Positions 1 to 22,589 of a DNA stretch of 64,000 nucleotides are shown one piece after another (within the stretch, counting starts at the first letter, position 1; every line of letters begins with the position of its first letter). A model generated the notes under the pieces. That model did no database searches. It saw nothing but the letters and a program-made list of their open reading frames with translations, and was not told where the DNA came from. The position numbers were made by a program, and so were the translations under genes. Origin of the DNA: the human T2T-CHM13v2.0 reference genome, Homo sapiens. Location of the stretch: NCBI RefSeq assembly GCF_009914755.1, contig NC_060943.1. The stretch is one strand, 5' to 3'.

Positions 1-1054
1 GGAGCCCAGCCGAACTAGCCGATTGACTGCCAGAGCCCAAACATACTGCCCTGAGACGGCTCATTTATTCACCTCTCTCCCTCCCGCTCGAGTCTGAACA
101 GTGTGGGGGCTGAGAGTGGGAGTGATGGCTGCGGCTCTGCGGCCAGCATCTGGCACAGCGCCCAGCACCCACCAGGTACCCGGCTGAGGATTGACTGCCT
201 TGCTTCTGAGCACCTCTTGATCTGAGGAGCAGTCAGATCTTCCCCAGTCGGTCCCTTCTCTGCACCAGCACCACCCTCCTTCTGGGCTAGGCCACTCTTG
301 CCCCAACGTGGGTGGCTACCCTGGCCTCCTGATGAAGCCTCTGTACCCTCGGCAGGTCACGATCTCCATGACAGCCAGTCGGGCCACTGCCCCCCTAAAC
401 CTGCCATGGAGGTCAACTCCAGATTCCTGAACACTGTGGCATCCTTGCACCTGTTTTTCCTCCATCCCCCTCACCCACTCACACCCCTTTCCATGGCCAA
501 CTTCTCATCCTTCAGGGCTTAAACACCACCCCTTCCATGCCATCTTCCTTGGCCACCCACTCTCCAGCACCCTGCTCCCATCCTTCGTCAGTTTACCCCT
601 TCCTTCTCTTGCTTTAGACTGATTTGTGTGCTTAAGTGCATTTAATTAATGTTTGTTTCCTCCTTTAGTCAGTGGACAGAGAAGGGGGCTATCGTGGTTA
701 CTGCTTTGTTACTTATCACATAGTAAGATCTCAGGAAATACTCACCTAGTGAATGGAAGTAAATCAAATGAATGAAAACTTGTTTGGTTTTTTTTCCCCC
801 TGATTTTGAAACATTCACTGAAAGTAATATGAAAAAATATGGAAAGGGGCCAGGCGTGGTGGCCCACACCTGTAATTCCAACACTTTGGGAGGCGGGTGG
901 ATCACTTGAGGTCAGGAGTTGGAGACCGCCCGGAGCAACATAGCCAGACCTCCTCTCTACAAAAAATTTAAAAAATTAGTCAGGCATGGTGGTACACACC
1001 TGTATTCTCAGCTACTGACAGAATGAGACCCTGTCGTTAAAAAATATATATGGG

Positions 1055-1341
<287 letters not shown>

Positions 1342-1440
1342 ATATATATATATATATGTATATATATGTGTATATATGTGTATACATATATACACACACA
1401 CACACGCGTATATATATACGTATATATATGTATATATATG
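1342..1440. repeat. Compound (TA)n/(TATG)/(CA)n microsatellite
   Basis: About 100 bp of uninterrupted purine-pyrimidine alternation. Confidence 0.9.
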
Positions 1441-1580
1441 GGAAGGTATAAAGAACAGATTTTCGAAAACCACTAGTAGCCCCAGCATCAAATTATCGAG
1501 TCTTTCCTGTCTTTTTTTCTGGGAATGCATCTGCATAGCCTATAGATGTTTACTGTCCTAGGGGTTGATAATTTCTTTAA

Positions 1581-2030
<450 letters not shown>

Positions 2031-2761
2031 GAGAACACTTTTTAAAGCTCTTGCCAAATTGCCCCTAGAAAGGGATCACCACTGGGAACATTAAAAAAGA
2101 AAGAAGTCTGTTGTCCTGGGGAGTGGCCAGTTTCCTGGTGTGCTGGGCTCATCGGGCTCCTGGAGAGCCATTTTCCTGGTCTCCTGAGGGCCTGGTGTCC
2201 CCTTCCAGCCTGCTGTGCTCTGCCTGGCCTGGGTTGCAGTCCCGGAGCAGGATGTTTGATTATGGTGTTGAGCAAACAGAACAGCAGGCCCTCGCCATCT
2301 GCCAGCTGGTCCCTCGGGCTTGAGAAGAGCTTCACATCCAGCGAGGGTCATAACTAGAGCCTTTCTAGAGCCTTCTGTGGTGCTGCTGAAGGGTGGGGCT
2401 GGAGTGCTCATTCCTAACAGTAGCCTGGCCCCACAACCCCCATTCCCACACACCTCTCCCCACTGGGAAGGAAGACAGGTGCCCCCCTGCATGTCTCAGG
2501 TGGGTAGAGGCGCCTCCCCTCTGTCCCCAGCTGTCACATATGGAGAGTTGTCCTGAAACTGCCTCTGTGAGGGTGCCCCGCTCTCCCTGACTCCCTCTGG
2601 GCTCGGAGGGAGTGCACATTCCCCCAGGCAGCCCGCAATGTTTGTGTTCATCCAGGCGAAGTGGCCCTGCAGGTTCTGGGAGTGGAAATCTCTTATAGGA
2701 GAGAGAAAGTGAATCTCAAGCTATGGCATGAGAGTGACTGGGGTGGCACAGAGGGTGATCA

Positions 2762-3577
<816 letters not shown>

Positions 3578-3844
3578 AGCTGAGATTTTAAAATACATTT
3601 GTATACATTTTAAAGTTGCTTATGTCATACAAGAGTAAAATCTCACTGTTTAAAAATAACTCATGCAATACAAAAGACTTTAAAATTCTGTTATTGTGAA
3701 ATGGAACATACATACAGACAAGCATGTAAAACGTGAATACACAGTTTACCGAAGAATTCCAAAGCAAGCACTCAGGTAACCCGGGTCCAGAAAGAGAACC
3801 TGCTGGCAGCCTGGAACCCCCATGGGCTCTGGCCACCAGAACCC

Positions 3845-5433
<1,589 letters not shown>

Positions 5434-5835
5434 TTTCTTTTTCTTTCTTTTGTTTTCTATAATAATCTTGGCCAATTCCTTAGCTTCCCTCCCTCCCTGC
5501 AGATGTTGGGAACTTGGAATCTGGGAGGAGGTGACCAGAGGGGCCAGGCAGAAGCTGCCTGGGACACATCCTTAGTGGTGAGTTGACGTGGGGTTGTGAC
5601 TCAGAAGCCAGAAATGTGCAGGGCCCTGGCCATCTGTGTGCACACGTGTGCAAGAGATATAGAGAAAAACAGAATGAGAGACAGACAAGGACAGGGCCGT
5701 GGAGAGACAGGTACAGGGATGCAGAGGGGTAGGGGGACAGGAGTACAGAGAGATGGAGCAGGGACAAGAAACATGGGACAGAGATGGGGCGGAGATGAAG
5801 AGAGATGGGAACAGGCCCCTGAGACATGAGACCTG

Positions 5836-5935
5836 TTGGCTGGTTAACTAGCTGGTTGGCTGTTTGGGTAATGGATTAGTTAACTGGTCGGTTGGTTATC
5901 TAGTTGGCTGGCTAATTGGTTATCTGGTTGGTTTG
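5836..5935. repeat. Degenerate (GGTT/GGCT/AACT)n low-complexity repeat
   Basis: tggctggttaactagctggttggc...tggttatctggttggttt. Confidence 0.7.
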
Positions 5936-6675
5936 GGATTTTTGAGTTTTGTTTTTTTTTTTCATGGATTCAGAAAATACTAGTGGAAGATTCACCCTGT
6001 TGATGGCCCTGTTTTGGGTGCTGGAGATAGACCAGTGAATGGTGGCTTGCTGGCATTTGGGTGTTGGATTGCTGCTCCCCACCCCTCACCCCGATGAGTG
6101 CACTGTGAGTGCAGGTGCTGTTGAAAGGATGTATCGCGTGCTTGCCATGTGCCCCTTAGTATGGGAGTGCCCTATGGGGATCATCTTGCTGGATCTACCA
6201 GCAGTCTCACGAGGTGGCACTTACCCCCTCTGGTACATATTAGGGCCAGAATTTGATCCTAGGTAATCTGGCTCCAAAGCATAAGCCTAATTTCTGCCTT
6301 AAGTCACCCAGGAGTGGAGTGCAGGCATTTATTAAGTGCCCCGGTGTTCATGGCTCTATCCCCAATCTTTAGAGATGACAGTGGTTTTAATGGCCATAGA
6401 TTTGACCTGCCTGGGTTCAAGTCCCTCTTCTGCTTTCCCTCACTGGGTGCTCTTCAACAGGAACATGCTGCTCTGAGCCTCCCTGTTCCCTTCTGTAAAG
6501 TGGGGAGAACAGTAGGGCCTTCCTCCTCAGGATGCTGTGTGGGCTCAGTGGAGCCAGGTTTGAGGCCAGTCCTGAGTGGGGGCTGCCATTGCTATGTGCA
6601 GCTTAGGGAGCTTGACCACAGGGCAGGATGCCCACCTGGGCTCATGGTTCTGTAAATGCCAGTTTTTGCTCTCAT

Positions 6676-6983
<308 letters not shown>

Positions 6984-8469
6984 TGACAACAGATGTTCTC
7001 AAATGGGGTGGCCCCATGAGTTGTCACGAGGGCAGACTCGAGTCAGCCAATCCCAGGTTCAGATTCCGGCTCCTCCTCCCCTTCTCTTTGTGGCCCTCTC
7101 TGAACCCCATTGTGAAGCACGGGTGACAGTAGCAGGTGATTAGAAGCTTCAGTGCAATGGTTTGTGTTATGGTGTCATGTGCTCTGCACAGGGCCTGGCT
7201 CCCCGACAGCCCTGGGTCAGGGGCCAGTTAGGATGATGGATGATTACTGCCAGCAGCTGGGTTTCCCCTCCACCCCCCTCCTCACTCCAACCTGGATAAC
7301 AAGGCCCAGCTGTGTGTGTCCAGCACCTGCACCGCCCCCACCGGCCCCCAGCTCCCATCCCTGCCAGCCTTCCCACGGCAGGGAGCCTTCCTGGCTGTGG
7401 TGTTCCGGGTGGGCCCCACTGCCGCCCCCCATCCCCTCAGCCTAGAGCCATCCTCAGGTTAGGATAAGCAGAGCCGGAGCCACCCTCGGCCCGGCCCCCA
7501 GCGGCAGGATGGAAAGAGTGGGACTTTAACAGATGTTCTTTTACAAGGATTCCCTGGCTCTATTTAATCAAGATTGTCGAATATTGATTTAATCTCCAGG
7601 CCCAACAGATGCGGTCTTAGCAGGTTTCAGTGGCAATTAGCTGGGATCAGTTTGCAGGTCAGGCTCCGTGCTGGCAAGACACTGTCTTCTAAAGGAGGCT
7701 TGGCCTGGCCACAGGAGTGAGCCCTGGAGGAGGGCGCGTACTAAGTATTTAACCATCAGTCTAGCCCGGGCAGTGGCCCACGGGAGCAGGCCCGGAGGCT
7801 GGGTCATAGCAGCCCCTGTGGGGCCCCAGTGTTCCCCCCATGATGATAGTGGGGACACTCAGCCCGTTTAGGGCAGCAGCTGTTCACTGAGAAAAAAAAA
7901 ATAATAATAACACTAAAAGAAGCAGCACAGCCACGCCAGGGCCTGCGGCTTGATCATGAGCCTGGCTGGAGCCGGGGAGATCCCTGCAGGGCAGCCTGGA
8001 GCCCTGATGATGCCCCCAGTTAAGTACCCAGAAGGGGCCACACCAACAACAGAGGCCTCTCACCCGCGCTTTCAGGCCCCTCGCCTGACTGCATCCCATC
8101 ATCCCCACTCTACAAACATGGCTGTAGCTGCTGGGTGGGCCTGGCATTTGTGCCCGTACTCCAAGAAGCATCCCATTCCACTTCTGCATTTCAAAGGCTC
8201 ATTAGAGCGAATAGGACTGTGCCCAGAACTGGAACAAGCTGCTTCATCCACATGTGCTTCAGGGGAGGTCACGACAGCTTCCCTTAACCCAGCCAACCCC
8301 ACAGAGACTCAGAGGGGCGCCCCACCCGGCCCTGGCACTGGGGCTGCCAGAAAGGAGCCTTTGCTCAAGGTGAGCCACCCTGGGCTGTCTGGCCCCTGAG
8401 CCCAGAGGAACAAGGGTTCCTTGCCAGATCACATTTGGTTTGCTTGAGATTTTTTAAAAAGTATTATTA

Positions 8470-8873
<404 letters not shown>

Positions 8874-8879
8874 TTAAGC

Positions 8880-9010
8880 TGTATTATTATCTCCATTTTA
8901 CAGATGGGAAAACTGAGGCATAGAGAGACTAGGTTGCCTGCCCAAGGTCTAGCTAGTTAAGTGATGGAGCTGGGAATTGAACCAAGATAGACTTTGCTTC
9001 TATCCACTCT
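8880..9010 (+). mobile_element. MIR core fragment (similar fragments near 6400, 16300, 35600, 39400, 43800, 52150 and 52450)
   Basis: ccattttacagatgggaaaactgaggcatagagag...ttgcctgcccaaggtc is the MIR core motif. Confidence 0.8.
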
Positions 9011-9504
9011 GCTGCAGCCACCACACCAGGGAAGACCTCCAGCATCTGGTGATAAGTGAGAGAGGCAGCTGTGAAGGTATTCACCCATTTATTTTTTTAA
9101 AAATTTCATCTCTCTACGCAGGCGTGTAATCATATGAACATTTAACCTATAAATAAAGTTCAGTTATACCAGGTAGCAAAATTAAAATTAGACATTTCAG
9201 TTTAAGTATTTGGGGTGATTACAGCCTCTATTTCCCTGGGGAATATGTGAACACAAGGTGGGGTGCACTGTCTTTCCCTCATTGGCTCTGCGTGGGAGCC
9301 TGTCGCCAGGCCATGGAGGACTCTGCCTTTGGAAACATGCAAATTGTTCAGACTCCATGGGCCCTCAAGTAGAGAGCTCTAACTGTGCAGCTTGGAAGTC
9401 TCTCCCCATTCTGACTTCTAGAAGGTAAGGGCCTTGCAAGGGGTGACTCTCACTCTGCTCATGTTTTCCCTCACATGCTGACTTTTTTTTTTTTTTTTTT
9501 TTAA

Positions 9505-9723
<219 letters not shown>

Positions 9724-9904
9724 TAAGGTGATCCACCCGCCTTGGCCTCCCAAAGTGCTGGGATTACAGGCATGATGCGTTACTGCACTAAAAGCACTTC
9801 ACACCATGCTTGGCGTGCAGTGAGCACACGCTAAGTATAAGCTGTGTTCATTCCCTTGGGGCTGCGTGGGCATCTTGCATGCATTACACATAGCTCTACC
9901 TTGC

Positions 9905-9907
9905 TAT

Positions 9908-9942
<35 letters not shown>

Positions 9943-10004
9943 TTTTTGAGGCAACGTCTTGCTCTGTTGCCCGGGTTTGATCTCTTATTTATTTATCTAT
10001 CTAT

Positions 10005-10043
<39 letters not shown>

Positions 10044-10085
10044 TTTTTGAGGCAACGTCTTGCTCTGTTGCCCGGGCTTGATCTC

Positions 10086-10128
<43 letters not shown>

Positions 10129-10172
10129 TTTTTGAGGCAACGTCTTGCTCTGTTGCCTGGGCTTGATCTCTT
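9905..10172. repeat. Three-copy VNTR of (TTTA)n plus a 42-bp Alu 3'-end unit, at the tail of an antisense AluJ-like element extending to about 10425
   Basis: tttgaggcaacgtcttgctctgttgccygggyttgatctctt at 9945, 10046 and 10131, each preceded by (TTTA)n. Confidence 0.92.
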
Positions 10173-10551
10173 GAGGAGATCCTGGCTAACTGCAGGCTTG
10201 AACTCCTGGGCTCAGGTGATCCTCCCGCCTCAGCCTCTTGAGTAGCTGGTACTATAGGCATGCACCACCACACCTGGCAAATTTTTAAAAAAAAATTTTT
10301 GTAGAGATAGGGTCTCGTTATGTTATCCAGGCTGGTCTCGAACTACCACCCTCAAGGGATCCTCTTGCCTCAGCCTCCCAAAGGGTTGAAATTGATTACA
10401 GGCCTGAGCCACTGGCCTGGCCTAGCTCTTTTTGTACAGATACATTGTATTCCCTGGAATAGAGGCACCCGGATTCACTTAACCCTTCTTGTGCTGGTGG
10501 GCATTTGGGCTGTTCTCAGTTCTTCTGTATTACAGCAATGTAAAACAGTCA

Positions 10552-12990
<2,439 letters not shown>

Positions 12991-13659
12991 AAGAAGCCCC
13001 TACTTGATACAGTTGTTAGAACACACCAGTTAACACACGCCAGTGTGTAGCCCTGAATCTGGCGCATCAGGAGAGCTCATCAGTGTTGACCTTATGTTTA
13101 ATACCGTCATCACCGTATTATCCCTCTCCACTGCCCCGCCCACATGTGAGAACAAATATGTTAGATCCCAGTCCACCCCAGACATGCATCTGTTCACAGT
13201 CTGGGGAAGACAGAAGATGCTCAGAGGCTTAAAAATCCAGTGGGCTAAGTCCCATATCAAGGGTGCATGTACATCCCCGGGAGCTCAGCAGAGGGAGGAA
13301 AGGGGGAATTCTGCCTGGCTTTAGTGGGACAGACAGCATGGGGGGACAATCGGAGGGAGGCGAGGACAAGGCGCTCTGAATCAGTGAACCCCTGAAATAA
13401 CTCCTGCAAAGGTCACCAGTGCCCTTCATACCTATAACTGCCACCATACGTGACTCTTTGAGCAGCTTCCACCCCTGTTGACAGTTGGTCCTCCCCAACC
13501 ACACCTGCGCTCCAGCCTCCCTGCTGGGCCTGCTGTATCTCATGTCCTGGCTCCCATCACCCACCTGCCCACTTGGATGTACAGCCTCTGCGAGCTCGGA
13601 GGCAGACCCTCTTCTCTCTGCTCTCTCTGTTCCTTCTGTCCTCACCTAAGACTGCACAG

Positions 13660-14237
<578 letters not shown>

Positions 14238-14296
14238 TAGACACCACCCTTCAAGGAGTCTTCCTGACCCCCTCCCAACTATAGTGATCTTCAGTC

Positions 14297-14348
<52 letters not shown>
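14297..14348. repeat. (CTAT)13 tetranucleotide STR derived from an Alu tail
   Basis: Read directly; abuts an antisense Alu ending about 14498. Confidence 0.95.
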
Positions 14349-15325
14349 TTTTGAGACAGGGTCTTGCTCTGTCACCCAGGCTGGAGTGCAGTGGCGTGAT
14401 CACAGCTCACTGCAGCCTTGACCTCCTGGGCTCAAGCGATCCTCCCACCTCAGCCTCCCATAGTGCTGTGATTACACACATGAGCCACTGCACCCAGCCA
14501 TTTTATGACCTTTACAATGCTGGCCACCCTTGGAAATTCTATTTTATTTCTCTGGCGTTTCTCTACTGGAGGTCCATTCATGAGAGCAGGGGCACAGTCT
14601 GTCCTGCTCAGAGATTTTCTTTAGCACCCACAGCAGTGGCGTGTAGTAGAAATAGATTGAGTAAATGAATGGATTTCGAGTGTTTGGTGCTTGTAGAATG
14701 AATGAATGAGTTATACATGACTGGGAAATGGTGAATAAATGAATATGTTTTTAGGGCTTTGTTGGCTGGAAGAACTTTTTTGAGGGATTTATAAGAACAT
14801 GGTAGGTGTTTGTTGTGTGAGTGAATGGATGAATGGATGCATTTTAAGGACTAACTAGTTCTTCCTGGATAAACAAATGACTTGTACGTGCCCAGAAACT
14901 GCTGAGTCACTGGATGCATGCCTGGAGGAGTCCTCATTCCACCTGGGCCTTAGAGAGGAACCCTCGGACTTGATGCCACATCCCTGAGCCCTCCAGAGTG
15001 CTTGAGCCCCACTTAGCCTCCATGGCCGTGACTAGATCATGTTTCCCTGAAAGGGAGATGCTTGGAGCACATCAGGGCAGCCCTGAACACCCAGGGGGTC
15101 CCTCTACCTCTAAGCAAAGGCCTGTGAAAGGACAGCCCATCCCACCCCTACAAGCTATCTCCAAGCATTGCTTTCAGCTTCTTGGGCGTGCTGCTTCCCA
15201 GGGAAGGGCACACTCGGGCACCAAGCAGGCCCTGCTTGCCTTGGGTCACAGACCCCAACTGAGCCAGTGCTCCCTGGTCCTGAGTGAGGTTGTCATCCAT
15301 CCAGTCATTTAATAGTTATGTTGTT

Positions 15326-15326
<1 letters not shown>

Positions 15327-15387
<61 letters not shown>

Positions 15388-15420
15388 GCCTGCCTACCCT
15401 ACCTACCTGCCTACCTATCT
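15327..15420. repeat. (TATC)15 plus degenerate (CCTA/CCTG) STR derived from an Alu tail
   Basis: Read directly; abuts an antisense AluS ending about 15706. Confidence 0.95.
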
Positions 15421-15429
15421 ATGTAGTGA

Positions 15430-15588
<159 letters not shown>

Positions 15589-17059
15589 TAGTGGACACGG
15601 GGTTTTACCTTGTTGGCCAGGCTGATCTCGAACCTCTGACCTCAGTTGATTCGCCCACCTCGGCCTCCCAAAGTGCTGGGATTACAGGCATGAGCCACTG
15701 TGCCCAATCAGATATTTATTTAGAAAAGAATTTTTTTAGAGACAGGGTCTCACTGTGCAACCAGGCTGGAGTGCGTGGTTCAACCCTGTCTCCTTCCTTT
15801 GTGATCAGCAGGGTCCCAGGTAAGGGCTGCTTTGTCTGCTGGGAGTGAAGTTGGCATGAGCAGGGCTCTCAGCCAGCCTGTGATGGACAGGAAATGTGAG
15901 CAAGAACCAAGCCTCAGTTGTGAAAGCCCCTGAGCATCTGGGGTCATTTGTTACTGCAGCATAGCTTAGCTCATCCCGCCTGTCCCAAGAAGGAACACAT
16001 TTTGTGGATGGGGAGTGATCAAGAGTTCAGGTTGGGAATGTTCAGTTGCAGTGCATGTGAGATGTGTAAGTGGTGATGTCAAGTAATCAGGTGGGTAGGG
16101 GGGTTTGGAACTCAGAAGAGCAGTGGGAGCTGGAGATGTTTTCCGCATTGGCGACACACGTTTAAATGAGAATCACAGAGGTCCAGGCGCTGCCTGTGAT
16201 TGCAAGGAAGGCTGGTGCTTGAACTCAGGACTGTCTGACTTGAGGTAAGAAGGGGCTGGGGTTGAGTCCCCACTGTGTCAACTCATAGCCATGTGGCTAT
16301 GAGTTACTTCCTCTGTCTGCTCCTCACTTTCCTCATCTGTAAAATGGAGGTAATAATGATACCCACCTCATGGGGTTGTTGAAAGGGTTAACACATAGCA
16401 ATTGACAGGTGTGAAGTGCTCTGGAAAGGACCTGGACCATAGAAGGATTCTATTCATGGTAGTTGCTGTCGTAGATACTGGCTTTTGTGTATGTTTTCAT
16501 TGTTGTTTTGTTTTATAACTAAAATGTCCAGTGGTGGGAAATGGAATAGGGCTGACTTTGTGTCCAACTTGATGCAGAGACTCAAATGATGACTACAGCC
16601 CCAGATTCTAACTCCCAGTCCCCTTCACAGATAGTTCTTCTCCCATGGTTACGAGACAGCTGCAGCGACTCCATCCCTCACATCTTCTCAGACTTAGGGT
16701 TAAAGGGAAAAGCGCAGCCTTCAGCTCCAGCACTCCTGGTAAAGACATCACGGTCTCACTGGTTCTGATCAGGCCACATGGGTTGCTCCAGAGCTGGGGA
16801 AGGAGCCCCACCTCTAGCCCATTGGGTGGCCATTGGAGAGGGGAGGCTCCCAAAGGGAAGTCTGGACTGTTGGAAAAAGGAGTCCTGGCGACAGGGAAAG
16901 TAAACCACAACTGTCCACATTGGAGGGCTCTTGTGTTTCCCTATGCTGTGTCCTGTGAGCTTCTGGCAGACATTGCAGCCCTCACAGAGTTGGGCCTTTT
17001 GGAGCCAAGACACCAAGGCTGTGGGGCTTGCTTGCTTGTCGCAGGGGCAATCTGGGAGC

Positions 17060-17580
17060 ATTTACACCCACAGATGCATCACTGGTTGCCTGCTCTTCTA
17101 ACAGACCCTGATACGTCCCCACTGGCCCAGAGGCAATCAGGATGGCTACAGATGCTGGCTCTCCCAGCTTCCCTTGCAACCGGAGTGGCCGTGTATCCAC
17201 ATTCTAGCCAGTGGGACATAAAAGAAAGGATTGCAGCAAGGGGAATGTTCTGGGAAAGATTCTCCTTCCTGATTAGGGTCAGACCGGTGCCCTCACCATT
17301 CCTATCTTTCCCCTTTGCCCATGATTCAGTGGGAAGTGTGGCTGTGGCCACCAGCTTGTGACCGTGACGCAGCAAGCCAGAAGACTTGCTCAATCCTGCA
17401 GCACAGGAGGGAGGCAGAGGGAATGGGGGGACATGCTTCACATCGCTCTCCAGCTTTCCCACCAGGCCTGGAGCCGCCATATCTGGCCTCCTGGTGACAT
17501 GAGATGACTAAATGTCTTCACCGTGCAAAGCACCGTTGGATAGTCTTCCGTTACTCGCAGCCAAACACATCCCAACTGAC
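17060..17580 (+). mobile_element. Old ERVL/MaLR-type LTR relic (LTR16/LTR33/MLT1-like)
   Basis: ctctcccagcttcccttgca...ttctagccagtgggacata...ccgttactcgcagccaaacacatcc motifs typical of these LTRs; subfamily uncertain. Confidence 0.5.
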
Positions 17581-19190
17581 TGTCTCCCACTGCCACTCAC
17601 TCCTCATTTTGCTGCTGTCTCCCAGGCTGCCCTAGTTTTCCCCATATACAGTTCCCCAGCTGCCCTCCTTCACACAGCACCGTGTGTCACTCGGGGTCCT
17701 CTGATGCCAGCAGCAGAAGCCACGCTTGGCAGTCTGTGGCCGAATCACAATTCACTGAGGATGTACAGAATGAACACGAGGCCAGAGGAGCAATCTTAGA
17801 AAACAGGGAGGGAGCCAAGGAAGCCCTGGAGGGAAGAAACCAGGGGTCCCCAGCAAAAGTCACTGCACAGGAGAAGCCAGGTCCACTGTGCCTGCCCCTG
17901 CAAGGACACTTTCCAGCCTCACATGCTCTTAGAAACCTCGCACGGAGTCCTAGGAGAGGACCCTGGGCCGACCAAGCCCACGTCCTGTGCCCACTCCAAC
18001 TGTGCTTCTGTGGGGGGAAAGGGGAAGCACTTCTGCCAAAGATACACAACAGAACTGTAGTAAGAGCAGGTGGTATTATACCCATTTTACAGATTGAAAC
18101 TGAGTCACTATTTCCATAACCCGTCCATGACACACGAGGATTGAGCCCAGGAGGCAGTCTGGTTCCTGCCTATGCTGTGCTTCTCTCATCACGGGGGTTC
18201 CCCATCGGGAAGGTCCAAGTGCTTTTAGGGAGGAGGAGCTCGGTAGAAGACAGCTGGAAAGAGACCAGTGTGCACCCTCTGAGTCCCAGAGGCTGCGGGT
18301 GCCACTCAGCCTCTGAATGTCACAGGAAGACTCGACTGCAGCTGCTAGGAGAAGGGATTTGTTCAGAGAGACGAAGGCCTGCAAGAACATCTGAGTGTGT
18401 GCACAGAAGGGAGCAGAATGGATTGAGGGTTTCTGACTGAGCTGGAAACAAATGCCATCAGCAAAGCCCATCTGTCGGGAGGTGCTTGCATAAGCAAGTC
18501 AGGGTCGCATCTGGGCCACTGGTTTTCCCAACCCAGCCTTAAGTGTGGCCTCAAAGGACTAATCCCCCCTCCGCACTCTGCACTCTGAAGGCAGAGCCAC
18601 AACACAGGCTGGGCTGCTGAGGACAGGCAGCGCCCTCAGGCGGGCCATCATCCCAGCTTGACCTGGGATCTGGTGCCCAGCACAGCGGACTGTGGGGCAG
18701 GGTTCAGGCTCTCAAGCAAACAGTCTTGCCATTCTGTAACTGACAGTTTAGAGTGGAGACAATAAACACCATAGATAAAATAATTGCACTTTTCTCTGGC
18801 AAACCAGCAACCCCTGCTGAAGTGTGACCCACACATACTTATTTTGTTTACCCTCATTGTGTGTGTGTATGTGGTGTTTTGTTGTTGTTGTTGTTTGATT
18901 TTTGAGATAGAGTCTTGCTCTATCACTTGGGCTGGAGTGCAGTGGCACAATCACAGCCCACTGCAGCCTTGGCCTCCCAAATAGCTGGAACTACAGGCAT
19001 ACGCCACCACGCCTGGCTAAGTTTTAAAATTTTTTGTAGAGATGGGGTTTCACTGTAATGCCCAGGCTGGTGTCAAACTCCTGGGCTCAAACAGTCCTCC
19101 CGCCTCAGCCTCCCAAAGTACGGGTATTACAGGCATGAGCCACTGTGCCCGGCTTCATTGAGGTTTTTATTGTTAATGTTCTTAGGAAGT

Positions 19191-21290
<2,100 letters not shown>

Positions 21291-21708
21291 GCTGGGTACG
21301 GTGCCTCACACCTGTAATCCCAGTACATTGGGAGGCTGAGGTGGGAAGATCACTTGAGCCCAGGAGTTTGAGACCAGCCTGGGCAACATACTAAGACCCC
21401 ACCTCTACCAAAAATTTAAAAATTAGCTGGGCATGGTGACGTGCATCTGTAGTCCTAGCTACTCAGAAGGCTGAGGCAGGAAGATCACTTGAGCCCTGGA
21501 GTTTGAGGCTATAGTGAGCTATGATTGTACCACTGCACTCCAGCCTTGACAACAGAGAAAGACCCTGTCTCTAAAAAAAATAATAATAAAAATGAATAAG
21601 AAAAAGAAGTAAGCCTGTTCATAAGTGCTAAGGAGAAAAATGGAGCAGAGGAAGGGCCTGGGAGTGGTGGGGATAGACACACAGAGGCAAGCACTATTAG
21701 TTTTTTGA

Positions 21709-22254
<546 letters not shown>

Positions 22255-22539
22255 TAGGCAACTCGACCCTGAGGGCTTTCCAGCTTCCTCTCTCTTCTGT
22301 AGCCCATCCCTGTGCTGCCTCCCGGCAACATCTTCAGGATCGTTTGTGTTCTCGTGGGGCACCAGGAAGAGGGGCTCCCCCTTGCTCCCCACTCTCCACC
22401 TGCCCTCTTCTGGTGCTCACTTTTTCAGAGGCTTCAGGCTCCCCTTGCTATTTGCTCCTTGAATCTGCTTTGAGCTTCCCTTGTGATCTCTGCCAGTGCG
22501 CTCCATAACTGGGCATAAATTAGGAAAAGCCCCCCTACA

Positions 22540-22552
22540 CATGCGCATACAT

Positions 22553-22589
<37 letters not shown>

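Noticed and set aside
1-185. Mildly CpG-rich start of the window with CAG|gtaccc as a possible alternative 5' exon
   Set aside because: Weak donor and no visible acceptor or promoter context; cannot be supported without transcript data.
9775-9845. Possible hairpin or small RNA (tactgcac...gtgcagtga)
   Set aside because: Reads as a degenerate MIR end (aaagcactt...cttggcgtgcagtgagcac); no snoRNA boxes or pre-miRNA-length stem.
9905-10172. Repeat-spacer-like pattern resembling a CRISPR array
   Set aside because: Eukaryotic DNA; the spacers are (TTTA)n and the repeat is an Alu 3' end.
16645-17361. 238-aa intronic ORF
   Set aside because: No recognisable homology; the 3' half runs through an old LTR relic and no convincing splice sites were seen.
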